NCBI GenBank assembly: GCA_016207515.1
Contig: JACQPN010000022.1
Span: forward strand, 129,549 to 193,548
Direction: 5' to 3'
DNA length: 64,000 nt
Origin: Methanobacteriota archaeon
Lineage (GTDB): Archaea; Thermoplasmatota; SW-10-69-26; JACQPN01
Each line of letters starts with the position of its first letter. Position 1 is the first letter of the stretch. Below are positions 1 to 7,743 of the stretch, piece by piece. The position numbers and the translations under genes are program-made. Under the pieces are notes generated by a model. That model saw only the letters and a list, made by a program, of their open reading frames with translations. It ran no database searches and had not been told where the DNA came from.

Positions 1-360
1 GCGGCGGCGCACGCGCGACGGGGGGAGCGTGTCGAGAACATCGCCGGTTCCCTCCAGGAATGGGGGTTCGCGATGCTCACCGAGGTCACGGAACGCGCCC
101 TCGCGCATCTCGAGTACGACGAAGTCCTCCTGGGCGGCGGCGTCGCTCGCAACAAGCGACTTAGGACGATGGTCCAGGCGATGTGCGAGGAGCGCGGGGC
201 GAAGAGCTTCGTCCCCCGCGACGACCTCTGTGTGGACAACGGCGCGATGATAGCGTGGCTCGGGCTCATGATGAAAAGGAGCGGTGTTGTGACACCGATC
301 GATGAAAGCGTCGTCGACCAACGGTTCCGCACGGACGACGTGGAGGTGACTTGGCGATGA
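1..360 (+). CDS. kae1: tRNA N6-adenosine threonylcarbamoyltransferase Kae1/TsaD, C-terminal fragment (5' end lies outside the window)
   Basis: Frame 1 is open from nt 1. The C-terminal sequence ([15 protein letters not shown]...[12 protein letters not shown]) is typical of the Kae1/TsaD C-terminal lobe. TGA at 358-360. Confidence 0.85.
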   Translation, partial: AAAHARRGERVENIAGSLQEWGFAMLTEVTERALAHLEYDEVLLGGGVARNKRLRTMVQAMCEERGAKSFVPRDDLCVDNGAMIAWLGLMMKRSGVVTPIDESVVDQRFRTDDVEVTWR

Positions 361-1199
361 AGAAGCGCCTTGGACCGGCCAGTCGCAAGGAAGCGAAGCG
401 CGAGGCGAATGGCCGCGTCGCGAAGCGTGGAGGGGCCGCAAAGACGACCAAAGGCCGGCTGCGGGGAAAGACGGGCCCGGAGATCCGACAAGCCCGGGGC
501 CGGGCAAGAACGGGCCCGAAGGCCCGACAAGACCAGGGCAGGGTAACGACTGGCACGGGCGCCTCGAGCCTCGCCTTGGAAAAGGGGTCGGTGCGCGGCG
601 CGGAGGCGACGCTCACAATGGTCGATTCCAACGGGCGCCCCGCCGTGGAGAAGCGCCGTATCCCGAAGATTTACCGGCATCGTGAGATCGATTCGCGGTT
701 GCGTCGGGAAAGGACCAGGCTCGAAGCGCGCCTGTTGCACGACGCGCGCTCCGCCGGTTGCCGGACGCCGATAATCTACGACGTGGACCTAGTCGCGGGC
801 GTCATCACGATGGAGCGGTTGCCCGGAAGGAGGCTAAAGGACGTCCTCGACTCGTCCGGTGCGGCAGCGGCGAAGCCCCTCTTGGAGGCGGCCGGTTCCG
901 CGGTCGCACGCCTTCACGCCAGCGGCATCATCCATGGGGACCTCACCACAAGCAATATGCTCGTGACGGACGGGTCCATCGCGTTGATCGACTTCGGGCT
1001 CGGCGCTTTCTCAGTGGACATCGAGGACATGGGCACCGACCTCCACGCCTTCCAGGAATCGCTCACCGCCTCGCACGCCGTCGGGGCCGCGGGGTTCCGG
1101 CACGTGATGAATGGCTACGCGAGGGGGAGATCGGCGAAGGCGGTCGCGAGAAGACTTACGCGAATCGCCAAGCGGGGCAGGTACAAGGGTGGAGAGTGA
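357..1199 (+). CDS. bud32: Bud32/PRPK-type atypical kinase (KEOPS subunit) with a ~90-aa K/R/G-rich N-terminal extension; the kinase core could instead start at ATG 618
   Basis: ATG 357 overlaps the Kae1 TGA (ATGA). RIO/Bud32-like motifs are present ([21 protein letters not shown]). This is the conserved archaeal kae1-bud32 neighbourhood. Confidence 0.8.
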   Translation: MKKRLGPASRKEAKREANGRVAKRGGAAKTTKGRLRGKTGPEIRQARGRARTGPKARQDQGRVTTGTGASSLALEKGSVRGAEATLTMVDSNGRPAVEKRRIPKIYRHREIDSRLRRERTRLEARLLHDARSAGCRTPIIYDVDLVAGVITMERLPGRRLKDVLDSSGAAAAKPLLEAAGSAVARLHASGIIHGDLTTSNMLVTDGSIALIDFGLGAFSVDIEDMGTDLHAFQESLTASHAVGAAGFRHVMNGYARGRSAKAVARRLTRIAKRGRYKGGE

Positions 1200-1200
1200 A

Positions 1201-1578
1201 TTGATCGGCCGATCCACGGCGGTCTTCGTGGTCCTTCTCCTTCTTCCAGGTTGCCTTGCGACGCCCGCGCGGCAAACGACGGACGCACTCATCGCAAGCT
1301 TCGAGATCGAAAGGCTCGACCCGGGCTTGGCCGATTACCCGTTCGACGTGAAGGAGGATTTCCTACGCATCTACAACCAGTACGACATCCTCCAGCAAGC
1401 CAACGCCTCCTTCGCATTCGTGTCACCGTCGGGAACGTACCATGCGGCGCCAGCGGGGCTTCCCGGCCCTGCCGTCCACGCGGACCGGCCGGAACGAGGG
1501 GCCTGGCTCCTTCGCATCGCGGTAGGCGAGGATGGGGAACTGGTGAAGGCCCGCATGAGCGTGGTGGGTAGACGTTGA
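1201..1578 (+). CDS. small secreted/lipoprotein-like hypothetical protein (TTG start)
   Basis: ORF 1111..1578; hydrophobic N-terminus (AVFVVLLLLPGCLA) straight after the Bud32 stop. Confidence 0.35.
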   Translation: MIGRSTAVFVVLLLLPGCLATPARQTTDALIASFEIERLDPGLADYPFDVKEDFLRIYNQYDILQQANASFAFVSPSGTYHAAPAGLPGPAVHADRPERGAWLLRIAVGEDGELVKARMSVVGRR

Positions 1579-2084
1579 CCGCCACCGGGAAGGACCCGCG
1601 GCGAAGGCTCGGAGAAGGCCTTGACGAGGCCGAGCGCCTTTACCTCAAGAACCACAACAAGGAACTCGACGAGCTGTCGAGCTCGTTGGTGGAAGCGTTC
1701 CCGCAGTCTCGCGAGGCGTGGGAGTTCCTAGCCTACGCGAGGAACGCGATGAAGGATCCCTCGGGCTCGCTTGCCGCCTACCAGCGCGCAATAGACATCG
1801 CGCCGGAGGATTTCGAGTTCTACGACCGGCGCGACATTTTCCTGTCGAGCGAATACAAACAGGACGACCGGATCACTCGAATGGTGGAGAATTGGGAGCA
1901 GTATTTGACAAGGCACCCGGAGGACGCGGACGTCTGGTTGCTCCTCGCCCGACTCTACGTCGCCAAACGACGTTACGACGCCGTCGCGGAGGCGGCACAG
2001 CGCATCCTCGCCTTGGAACCCGGGAACCGGAAAGCAGAGATCCTCCTCGCCCGGGCCGAGGCAAGATCGGCAAGACAAGGATGA
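1575..2084 (+). CDS. TPR-like helical repeat protein, hypothetical
   Basis: 169-aa ORF with a TTG start overlapping the previous stop. GGTGGGT lies 6 nt upstream. TPR-like W/Y/L/A spacing (AYQRAIDIAPED..., LLLARLYVAKRRYDAVAEAAQRILALEP). Confidence 0.4.
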   Translation: MTATGKDPRRRLGEGLDEAERLYLKNHNKELDELSSSLVEAFPQSREAWEFLAYARNAMKDPSGSLAAYQRAIDIAPEDFEFYDRRDIFLSSEYKQDDRITRMVENWEQYLTRHPEDADVWLLLARLYVAKRRYDAVAEAAQRILALEPGNRKAEILLARAEARSARQG

Positions 2085-2137
2085 ACAAGACGCGCGCCCG
2101 CTAGCGCCGGACGCGGCCGACCGTTCGAAGCGAGGGA

Positions 2138-2159
2138 CGTAACATTCTTCTCTGTTACG
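2138..2159 (+). terminator. hairpin CGTAACA-N8-TGTTACG with a T-rich loop, downstream of the kae1-bud32-TPR gene set
   Basis: Perfect 7-bp inverted repeat seen directly; sits 54 nt after the TPR stop and just before the Ham1 GTG. Confidence 0.25.
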
Positions 2160-2172
2160 CCTATCCCCGGCC

Positions 2173-2736
2173 GTGCCGGTCCCGCTCACGTTCGTCACGT
2201 CCAATGCAGGCAAGTTCCACGAGGCGGAGACTCTGCTCTCGGCCTCGCGGGTCGTTCTTCGCCACTCGACCGTCAAGACCGTGGAGATCCAGGCGGATTC
2301 CCTGGAGGAGGTCGCCCAGGCGAAACTCCTGCAGCTACGCGGGGAGGTGGAGCCGCCGTTCTTCGTCGACGACGCAGGTCTCTTCGTTGACGCGCTCGCG
2401 GGGTTTCCCGGAGTGTACTCGGCGTACGTCTCACGGACTATCGGCTGCCGGGGCTTACTCAAACTTCTTCATGGTGTGGCCGAGCGCGGAGCGCGTTTCG
2501 AGGCCGTCATCGCCTACCTCGAGGACGCGAACTCGGATCCGCTGGTGTTCGAGGGCAGTTGCACGGGATCGATCACCACGGAGACGAGGGGAACGCGAGG
2601 CTTCGGTTTCGACCCCGTGTTCAGCCCCGAGGGCTCGACCCTCACCTTTTCCGAACTGGAAACCGGCGCCAAGAACGCCCTGAGCCACCGGGGTCGAGCA
2701 CTCTCGAAGTTCGCCTCGTATCATGACGACGAGTGA
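2173..2736 (+). CDS. non-canonical purine NTP pyrophosphatase (Ham1/RdgB/ITPase family), GTG start
   Basis: Ham1-family motifs: TSNAGKFHEA, VDDAGLFVDALAGFPGVYSA, GFGFDPVF, KNALSHRGRA. Confidence 0.85.
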   Translation: MPVPLTFVTSNAGKFHEAETLLSASRVVLRHSTVKTVEIQADSLEEVAQAKLLQLRGEVEPPFFVDDAGLFVDALAGFPGVYSAYVSRTIGCRGLLKLLHGVAERGARFEAVIAYLEDANSDPLVFEGSCTGSITTETRGTRGFGFDPVFSPEGSTLTFSELETGAKNALSHRGRALSKFASYHDDE

Positions 2737-2853
2737 CCGGGCACAATCGATCGTGAGCCACGGTCGTGGGCCGGGCATCCGAGATGAGCGTTCCCCCGAA
2801 TCGCGTCGACGCCGGAGAGACGGCGTACGTGCGCCAGGTCCGCGCATCGGAGA

Positions 2854-2864
2854 AACCTTTATCC
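2854..2864 (+). promoter_or_regulatory. TATA-like box (AACCTTTATCC) about 30 nt upstream of the srp54 ATG; leaderless-type promoter
   Basis: Only AT-rich patch in the GC-rich spacer, at the canonical distance from the ATG. Confidence 0.35.
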
Positions 2865-2889
2865 CCCTTGACCCACCCTGCCGTGTCGA

Positions 2890-4233
2890 ATGGTCCTCGA
2901 TAACTTAGGCGACTCGTTGCGAAAGACCCTCGCCAAGGTCGCCAACGCGACGCGCATCGACGCCGACCTCGTGAAGGAGGTGGTCCGCGACATCCAGCGA
3001 GCCCTGCTGCAGGCGGACGTCAACGTGAAACTGGTCCTCCAGATAACGAAACGGATCGAGGACCGCAGCCTCACCGAGAAGCCAAAGCCGGGTGCGCACC
3101 CGCGAGAGCACGTGGTGCGTATAGTCTACGAGGAACTTGTGGCGATTCTCGGCAAGCCCCGTGAGGTCGCGGTGCGCTCCCAACGGATAATGCTCCTCGG
3201 GCTCTACGGCCAAGGCAAGACGACGACCGCCGGAAAGTTGGCCAAGTACTTCCAGAAGAAAGGGCTGCGGCCCGCCTTGATCGCCGCCGACGTGCACAGA
3301 CCGGCCGCATACGATCAATTGAAGCAATTGAGCGAACAGGTGAAATGCCCCTTCTACGGAGAACCGGGTGTCACCGACGCGCCGGGGATCGTGAAGCGCG
3401 GCCTCGCCGCGATCAAGGGGGACGTCTTCATCGTCGATACGGCCGGCCGGCACAGTCTCGACGATGAACTGATGAAAGAGATCGAGGCGGTCGCACGCAT
3501 CGTGAACCCGCAGGAGAAACTCCTGGTGCTTGATGCCCAAGTGGGCCAACAAGCGGGTCCGCAGGCGAAGGCGTTCGCAACGTCGGTCGCGGGTCTCACT
3601 GGCGTCATCGTCACGAAACTGGACGGCACGGCCAAGGCCGGAGGCGCCCTTTCCGCCGTCGCCGAAACGGGCGCTCCCATCGTGTTCATCGGGGTGGGGG
3701 AGCACGTCGACGATTTCGAGAAGTTCGATTCGGCAAGGTTCATATCGCGCCTCCTCGGGATGGGCGACATACAGACGCTTCTTGAGAAGGCCCAGGAGGT
3801 CGTCGAGGACGAGGCGGAGGCGGAGCGGGCCGCGAAGAAGATCATGAGCGGGAAGTTCACGCTTCGTGACATGCGCGACCAGATGGACATGCTCACCCAG
3901 ATGGGCCCGTTGTCGAAGGTCATGGACATGATCCCCGGCATTAGCGGCGCCAAGGCGAAGATGCCGGCCGGCCACATGGACGAAACACAGGCGCGCCTCA
4001 AGCGGTTCCGCGTCGTCATGGACTCGATGACCGAGGAGGAGTTGGAGAACCCGGACGAGATCAAGGGCACGAGGATCGCTCGGATCGCGAAGGGCGCAGG
4101 GGTGACGCCGAAGGAAGTAAAAGACCTCCTAAAGTACTACGAGACCAGCAAAAGGGCCGTGAAGTCGTTCGCCGGCAACAAGAAGATGCAGAAGAAATTG
4201 ATGGAGCAATTCGGGGGGATGGAGGAAAACTAG
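2890..4233 (+). CDS. srp54: signal recognition particle protein SRP54
   Basis: N domain, G domain (GLYGQGKTTTAGKLA, DTAGRH, TKLDG) and a Met-rich M domain; 447 aa. Confidence 0.95.
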   Translation: MVLDNLGDSLRKTLAKVANATRIDADLVKEVVRDIQRALLQADVNVKLVLQITKRIEDRSLTEKPKPGAHPREHVVRIVYEELVAILGKPREVAVRSQRIMLLGLYGQGKTTTAGKLAKYFQKKGLRPALIAADVHRPAAYDQLKQLSEQVKCPFYGEPGVTDAPGIVKRGLAAIKGDVFIVDTAGRHSLDDELMKEIEAVARIVNPQEKLLVLDAQVGQQAGPQAKAFATSVAGLTGVIVTKLDGTAKAGGALSAVAETGAPIVFIGVGEHVDDFEKFDSARFISRLLGMGDIQTLLEKAQEVVEDEAEAERAAKKIMSGKFTLRDMRDQMDMLTQMGPLSKVMDMIPGISGAKAKMPAGHMDETQARLKRFRVVMDSMTEEELENPDEIKGTRIARIAKGAGVTPKEVKDLLKYYETSKRAVKSFAGNKKMQKKLMEQFGGMEEN

Positions 4234-4250
4234 GAAGCGGCCGAATAGAT

Positions 4251-4267
4251 CCGGCGAGGATCGCCGG
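4251..4267 (+). terminator. hairpin CCGGCGA-GGA-TCGCCGG 18 nt after the srp54 stop
   Basis: Perfect 7-bp stem with a 3-nt loop seen directly; no T-tract follows. Confidence 0.25.
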
Positions 4268-4280
4268 AATAAGTTCATGA

Positions 4281-4290
4281 CCCCCCCCCC
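4281..4290 (+). repeat. C10 homopolymeric tract just upstream of the regulator start
   Basis: Ten consecutive C residues; the only long homopolymer in the window. Confidence 0.9.
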
Positions 4291-4312
4291 GTCCTTCCCT
4301 CCTTGGGGAGGA

Positions 4313-4609
4313 AAATTGGCGGACGCATACGCGACGTTGCTTTCGGCATCCGAATTAGCCGCGATTGCCCTCCTCGGCGGCGGACAAACGACCGCTTCAG
4401 AACTGGGCCGCCGTTTGGAACTATCTCGCCAGGGTGCCCACAAGCTCTTAGGGCGTCTCGCTCGTCGGGGTATAGTGGTGACGGCGGGGACCGATCGATT
4501 TCGAACCTATCGCCTGAGGACTTTGGACATACAGCTCCATGGCTTGGTCGTAATGAGGCCCGGGTGCGCGGAGGTGACTTTATCGGTAAGTTGTTCGCAG
4601 TATCGGTAG
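4313..4609 (+). CDS. small winged-helix (MarR/TrmB/PadR-like) transcription regulator; TTG start with a GGGAGGA SD (alternative ATG 4277 runs through the C10 tract)
   Basis: 98 aa; HTH-like stretch TASELGRRLELSRQGAHKLLGRLARRGIV followed by a wing (TAGTDRFRTYRL). Confidence 0.6.
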   Translation, partial: KLADAYATLLSASELAAIALLGGGQTTASELGRRLELSRQGAHKLLGRLARRGIVVTAGTDRFRTYRLRTLDIQLHGLVVMRPGCAEVTLSVSCSQYR

Positions 4610-5874
4610 CCCTGACTGTCATTTCCGCCGTGGCGCAAACCTCCTTGGCCGAGCCGCCGGAGTACGCCGATTTGTACCCGGCCTCCACAAAAACCATGGA
4701 CCTGCCGGCAGTCCCGGCCGGCGCCGCAGTCATCGTCGACGTCGCGGGCGATCTGGTCCTTGGGGGTCTCATCGCGACAACTACCGCACCTTTGGAGGGT
4801 TCTGACGGGCCCGACATCACCATCCGGGTCGGCGGGACGTTGACCCTCCTCCCTGGCCTCGAAATACGCGCTGCGGACGGCCGCGATGGCAAGAACGCCA
4901 TGGCGCACGGAATCGCAATGGGTGGGAACGGAGGCAAGGGTGGCCGCGTGTTGATCATCGCCGAAGCTATTGTGGGTGGACCGGCGTCAGTCACGGCGGG
5001 GGCAGGCGGCGCGGGAGGGTCGGCCACGGCGTCAGGATTTCGGGACGCAAAGGCCATCGGCGGTGCGGGGGGTTCCGGCGGGTTCGTGAACGTTAGAGGT
5101 GAGGCGCGTGCGCTCGTGCGTATCACCGACGGCAACGGCGGCCACGGGGGTGAAGCCGCCGCCGCGGGCCAGGACGGCGAGGATTGCAGCAGCGTCAACG
5201 GCACCTCCAGTCGAATGGTGGGAAGGAATGCTAGCCTTGGCGGCGGCGATGGCGAATGGGCGTACTCCTCCGCCCAGGGCGGCTCTTGTGGGCCCGTGGA
5301 TGGCAAGGGCGGCACCGGCGGAGACGCAGAGGCGTTCGGCGGGACCGGCGGAATCGCCCAGAACGCGACCGGGGGCCGCGGGGGCAATGCGACCGCCATC
5401 GCGGGAACGGGCGGAGATGGACTTGCAGCCTGTTATGTTTCGTACGACGCGGGTCTGGCTAGCGGTCACGTTCACGCCGGCGACGGGGGCGACGGAGGAC
5501 TTTACAGCGCTATTGGAGGTGACGGGGGTGCGGGACTCAACGGTGGAAACGGCGGAGATGCCTATGGCTCCAATCTTGGCGGTCGAGGAGGAAACGCGTC
5601 ATCTCCAATAAGGGCCGGGACCGGTGGAGCAAATGGCTACTACCCGCCAAAACCGGGCTTCTATCATGGCACCCGAGGCGGCGATGGAGGGACCGGCTTG
5701 GCGGGCAGCGGGGGGGCGGGCGGTGCCGCGGTGGTGGACAGTCGGGGCGGCGACCAAGGTAATTCTTCTTGCTTCGATGTCGTTGAACAGCAATCGCGAA
5801 CTGTTCCCGGGGAGGGCGTTTTAGTGTTGATGGCCTTGGCCCTCGCTGGCCGACGACGGCGACCTTCATTGTAA
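4591..5874 (+). CDS. secreted Gly-rich repeat protein (GGxGG/GGxGxD-like repeats) with a C-terminal PEP-CTERM/PGF-CTERM-like sorting signal
   Basis: TTG start 14 nt after a GGAGGTGA SD. Signal peptide KLFAVSVALTVISAVAQTSLA. Dozens of GGNGG/GGAGG/GGDGGD repeats. C-terminus ends VPGEGVLVLMALALAGRRRRPSL (motif, TM, Arg cluster). Confidence 0.65.
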   Translation: MFAVSVALTVISAVAQTSLAEPPEYADLYPASTKTMDLPAVPAGAAVIVDVAGDLVLGGLIATTTAPLEGSDGPDITIRVGGTLTLLPGLEIRAADGRDGKNAMAHGIAMGGNGGKGGRVLIIAEAIVGGPASVTAGAGGAGGSATASGFRDAKAIGGAGGSGGFVNVRGEARALVRITDGNGGHGGEAAAAGQDGEDCSSVNGTSSRMVGRNASLGGGDGEWAYSSAQGGSCGPVDGKGGTGGDAEAFGGTGGIAQNATGGRGGNATAIAGTGGDGLAACYVSYDAGLASGHVHAGDGGDGGLYSAIGGDGGAGLNGGNGGDAYGSNLGGRGGNASSPIRAGTGGANGYYPPKPGFYHGTRGGDGGTGLAGSGGAGGAAVVDSRGGDQGNSSCFDVVEQQSRTVPGEGVLVLMALALAGRRRRPSL

Positions 5875-5921
5875 ACCAGCGGTTGACACTCCTTTATGCG
5901 CCTAGTTCTCGATTCACCGGC

Positions 5922-6722
5922 ATGAAACCCCAAAGAGGTTTTCTGATTGGTGTGGTGTTTTGCGTACTCCTTGCCCAAAGTGTGCCCGGGGCGTTAGCGG
6001 TGACGTCGACTTGCAACATGGCGCAGGGCGTGCCTGGTCTCGACAGCTCAACCGGCAGCGGTGGCGATGGAGGGGACGCGTGCATCGTGTTACGTGGCGA
6101 CGATGGCGCGACCGGGGCTCAAGGAACGGATGGCTGGCTCAATTGTACGCCGGGGGGTCCGGGCGGCGCCGGTGGATCCGTCACCTCGGGGGCGGCCAAT
6201 GGTGGAAACGGCGGCAATGGAGTAATGGATGGTGGCGACGGCGGATCGGCCCGCTCGGAGGCATATGGCGGAAAAGGGGGAGACGGCGGCGCGGGCGGCG
6301 ACATTCTTGTCGGCGGCGCATGCGCAGGCGGTAATGGTGGACCCGGCGGCAACGCTGCATCTGGCACCGCGACCGGCGGCAATGGAGGCACCGGCCTCTG
6401 CGGGCGGGGCGGAAAGGGTGGGGACGCAAGAAGCGTCGCGGCGCCCGGAGTCGGAGGTTCCGGCGGCAGCGGGGAGCCTCCCGGCCAACCTGGTCTGCCA
6501 GGGACGGCTCAACAGGGCGTCGCCCAGGCGGGTATTGGCGGTCAAGGTCCCGGAATCTGTCCCACGCAAATGATTGAATCCATGACAGCGCCCCTCTTCG
6601 AAACGCTGGAAGGCGTGGCCCCTCCAGGCGTTATCCCTCCAGGGTTGCCTGGATCAAATCCAGGAGGGCCACCAGGCGTGCCGGATGATTGCCACGACTA
6701 TCCCCTAGGTTGTCCGCAGTAA
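5922..6722 (+). CDS. secreted Gly-rich repeat protein, paralogous in composition to the previous gene; no C-terminal anchor
   Basis: Signal peptide MKPQRGFLIGVVFCVLLAQSVPGALA; same repeats (GGDGGDAC, GGNGGNG, GGKGGDGGAGGD); Pro/Gly-rich tail. Confidence 0.6.
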   Translation: MKPQRGFLIGVVFCVLLAQSVPGALAVTSTCNMAQGVPGLDSSTGSGGDGGDACIVLRGDDGATGAQGTDGWLNCTPGGPGGAGGSVTSGAANGGNGGNGVMDGGDGGSARSEAYGGKGGDGGAGGDILVGGACAGGNGGPGGNAASGTATGGNGGTGLCGRGGKGGDARSVAAPGVGGSGGSGEPPGQPGLPGTAQQGVAQAGIGGQGPGICPTQMIESMTAPLFETLEGVAPPGVIPPGLPGSNPGGPPGVPDDCHDYPLGCPQ

Positions 6723-6756
6723 GAGGTGGCATGATGAGGCGGGTCTCTCCCGCCCA

Positions 6757-7251
6757 TCACAAGTATTGCTTCTCTTCCGCGATCATCTCTTCGGCGCGTA
6801 AGACGTATTTTCCATCGAGTTCGATGAACGTCTTCACGTAGATGGCGCCCTTGTTCCTGCTTTTTGGCGGCCTTGAGTACTCGACCACCTGTCTTCCCTG
6901 GTGGTTGTCCTGCGTGAGGACCAGTTCGCCGAGTTCGTCGCGCTTGTCGACGAGCGGGATGGGTTCGAGCGCCGTCTCGACCGCCTCGGGTTCGGCCGCG
7001 CGTTGGAGAAGGAGGATCATCTCGGCGACGAGGAGGACGGCCATCACGGCCGTTCCGCCGTACACGTACGTCTCGAAGGGCACGTTCCCGATGGCGCGTG
7101 AATCGATGATGCCGCTGTTGATGCCGACGACGACCAAGAACACGACCAAGGCGAGTACGGGGAGGATGATGAGGAGGAGCGGTGTCTTGACCTGGACGAC
7201 GAATTCCTTCGTCGTCGCGTCTTGCTTCGGGGCTTTGGTCTTCTTCGCCAT
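6757..7251 (-). CDS. membrane protein, hypothetical (last gene of the surface-glycoprotein operon)
   Basis: 164 aa with two hydrophobic helices; lies immediately downstream of 7270..7743 on the same strand. Confidence 0.5.
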   Translation of the reverse strand: MAKKTKAPKQDATTKEFVVQVKTPLLLIILPVLALVVFLVVVGINSGIIDSRAIGNVPFETYVYGGTAVMAVLLVAEMILLLQRAAEPEAVETALEPIPLVDKRDELGELVLTQDNHQGRQVVEYSRPPKSRNKGAIYVKTFIELDGKYVLRAEEMIAEEKQYL

Positions 7252-7269
7252 CGGTGTACTACTCCTTCA

Positions 7270-7743
7270 TCACGGCGCTCTCGTCGCCGTGCCGCTACGT
7301 CCGCAATTGGGGCACGTCTGGACTGGTTTGGCGTCGTCGAAATTGAAGATAGTCGCGCAGGACTTGCATCGGATCCGTTTCACCGGTTGCTTCGGCGTTT
7401 CCCAGGAAGGCGCGCTTCCCCCGCCGGCGCCTTGGTCCAAGGCGCGTGCCGCGGGCGGAGGCGTCTCACCCGTCTCGACGGGTTGCGCCTCGATGGTCAT
7501 CGTATCGGCGGCGAGCGGCTCCGGCTCGGCGAGGTCCATGCCGCTTCCAGTGCGCCTTTGGTCCCTGAACACGTAACCCACGGCGGCGAGGATCACGATG
7601 AGCAACAAGAGCAGCAGGTACGCAAGGGCACCGTCGATCGGGCCCGTGGCAAGGAGGACGAAGTAGATTGCCAGCACGACCACGGCCGCCGCGGCGCCGC
7701 CTTTGAAGACGTTCCCGCGCGTCGACTCGTCGAGTTCCATCAC
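7270..7743 (-). CDS. membrane protein with a C-terminal CxxC...CxxC zinc ribbon, hypothetical
   Basis: 157 aa; TM segments; CKSC...CPNC near the C-terminus; its start overlaps the stop of the 1652-aa gene by 4 nt. Confidence 0.5.
   Translation of the reverse strand: MMELDESTRGNVFKGGAAAAVVVLAIYFVLLATGPIDGALAYLLLLLLIVILAAVGYVFRDQRRTGSGMDLAEPEPLAADTMTIEAQPVETGETPPPAARALDQGAGGGSAPSWETPKQPVKRIRCKSCATIFNFDDAKPVQTCPNCGRSGTATRAP

Noticed and set aside
2905-3975. 356-aa minus-strand ORF opposite srp54; 15124..16383 opposite egsA; 36528..37946 opposite the FlaJ-like gene; 53437..54666 opposite HK2
   Set aside because: They are antisense to confidently recognised genes, with R/H/D-rich biased composition.
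4275-5399. 374-aa Pro/Ala-rich ORF antisense to the Gly-rich gene; 159-aa ORF 6090..6569 likewise
   Set aside because: It is the complement of GGN Gly codons, which read as NCC Pro/Ala codons. There is no start context. The sense-strand protein has a signal peptide and coherent repeats.
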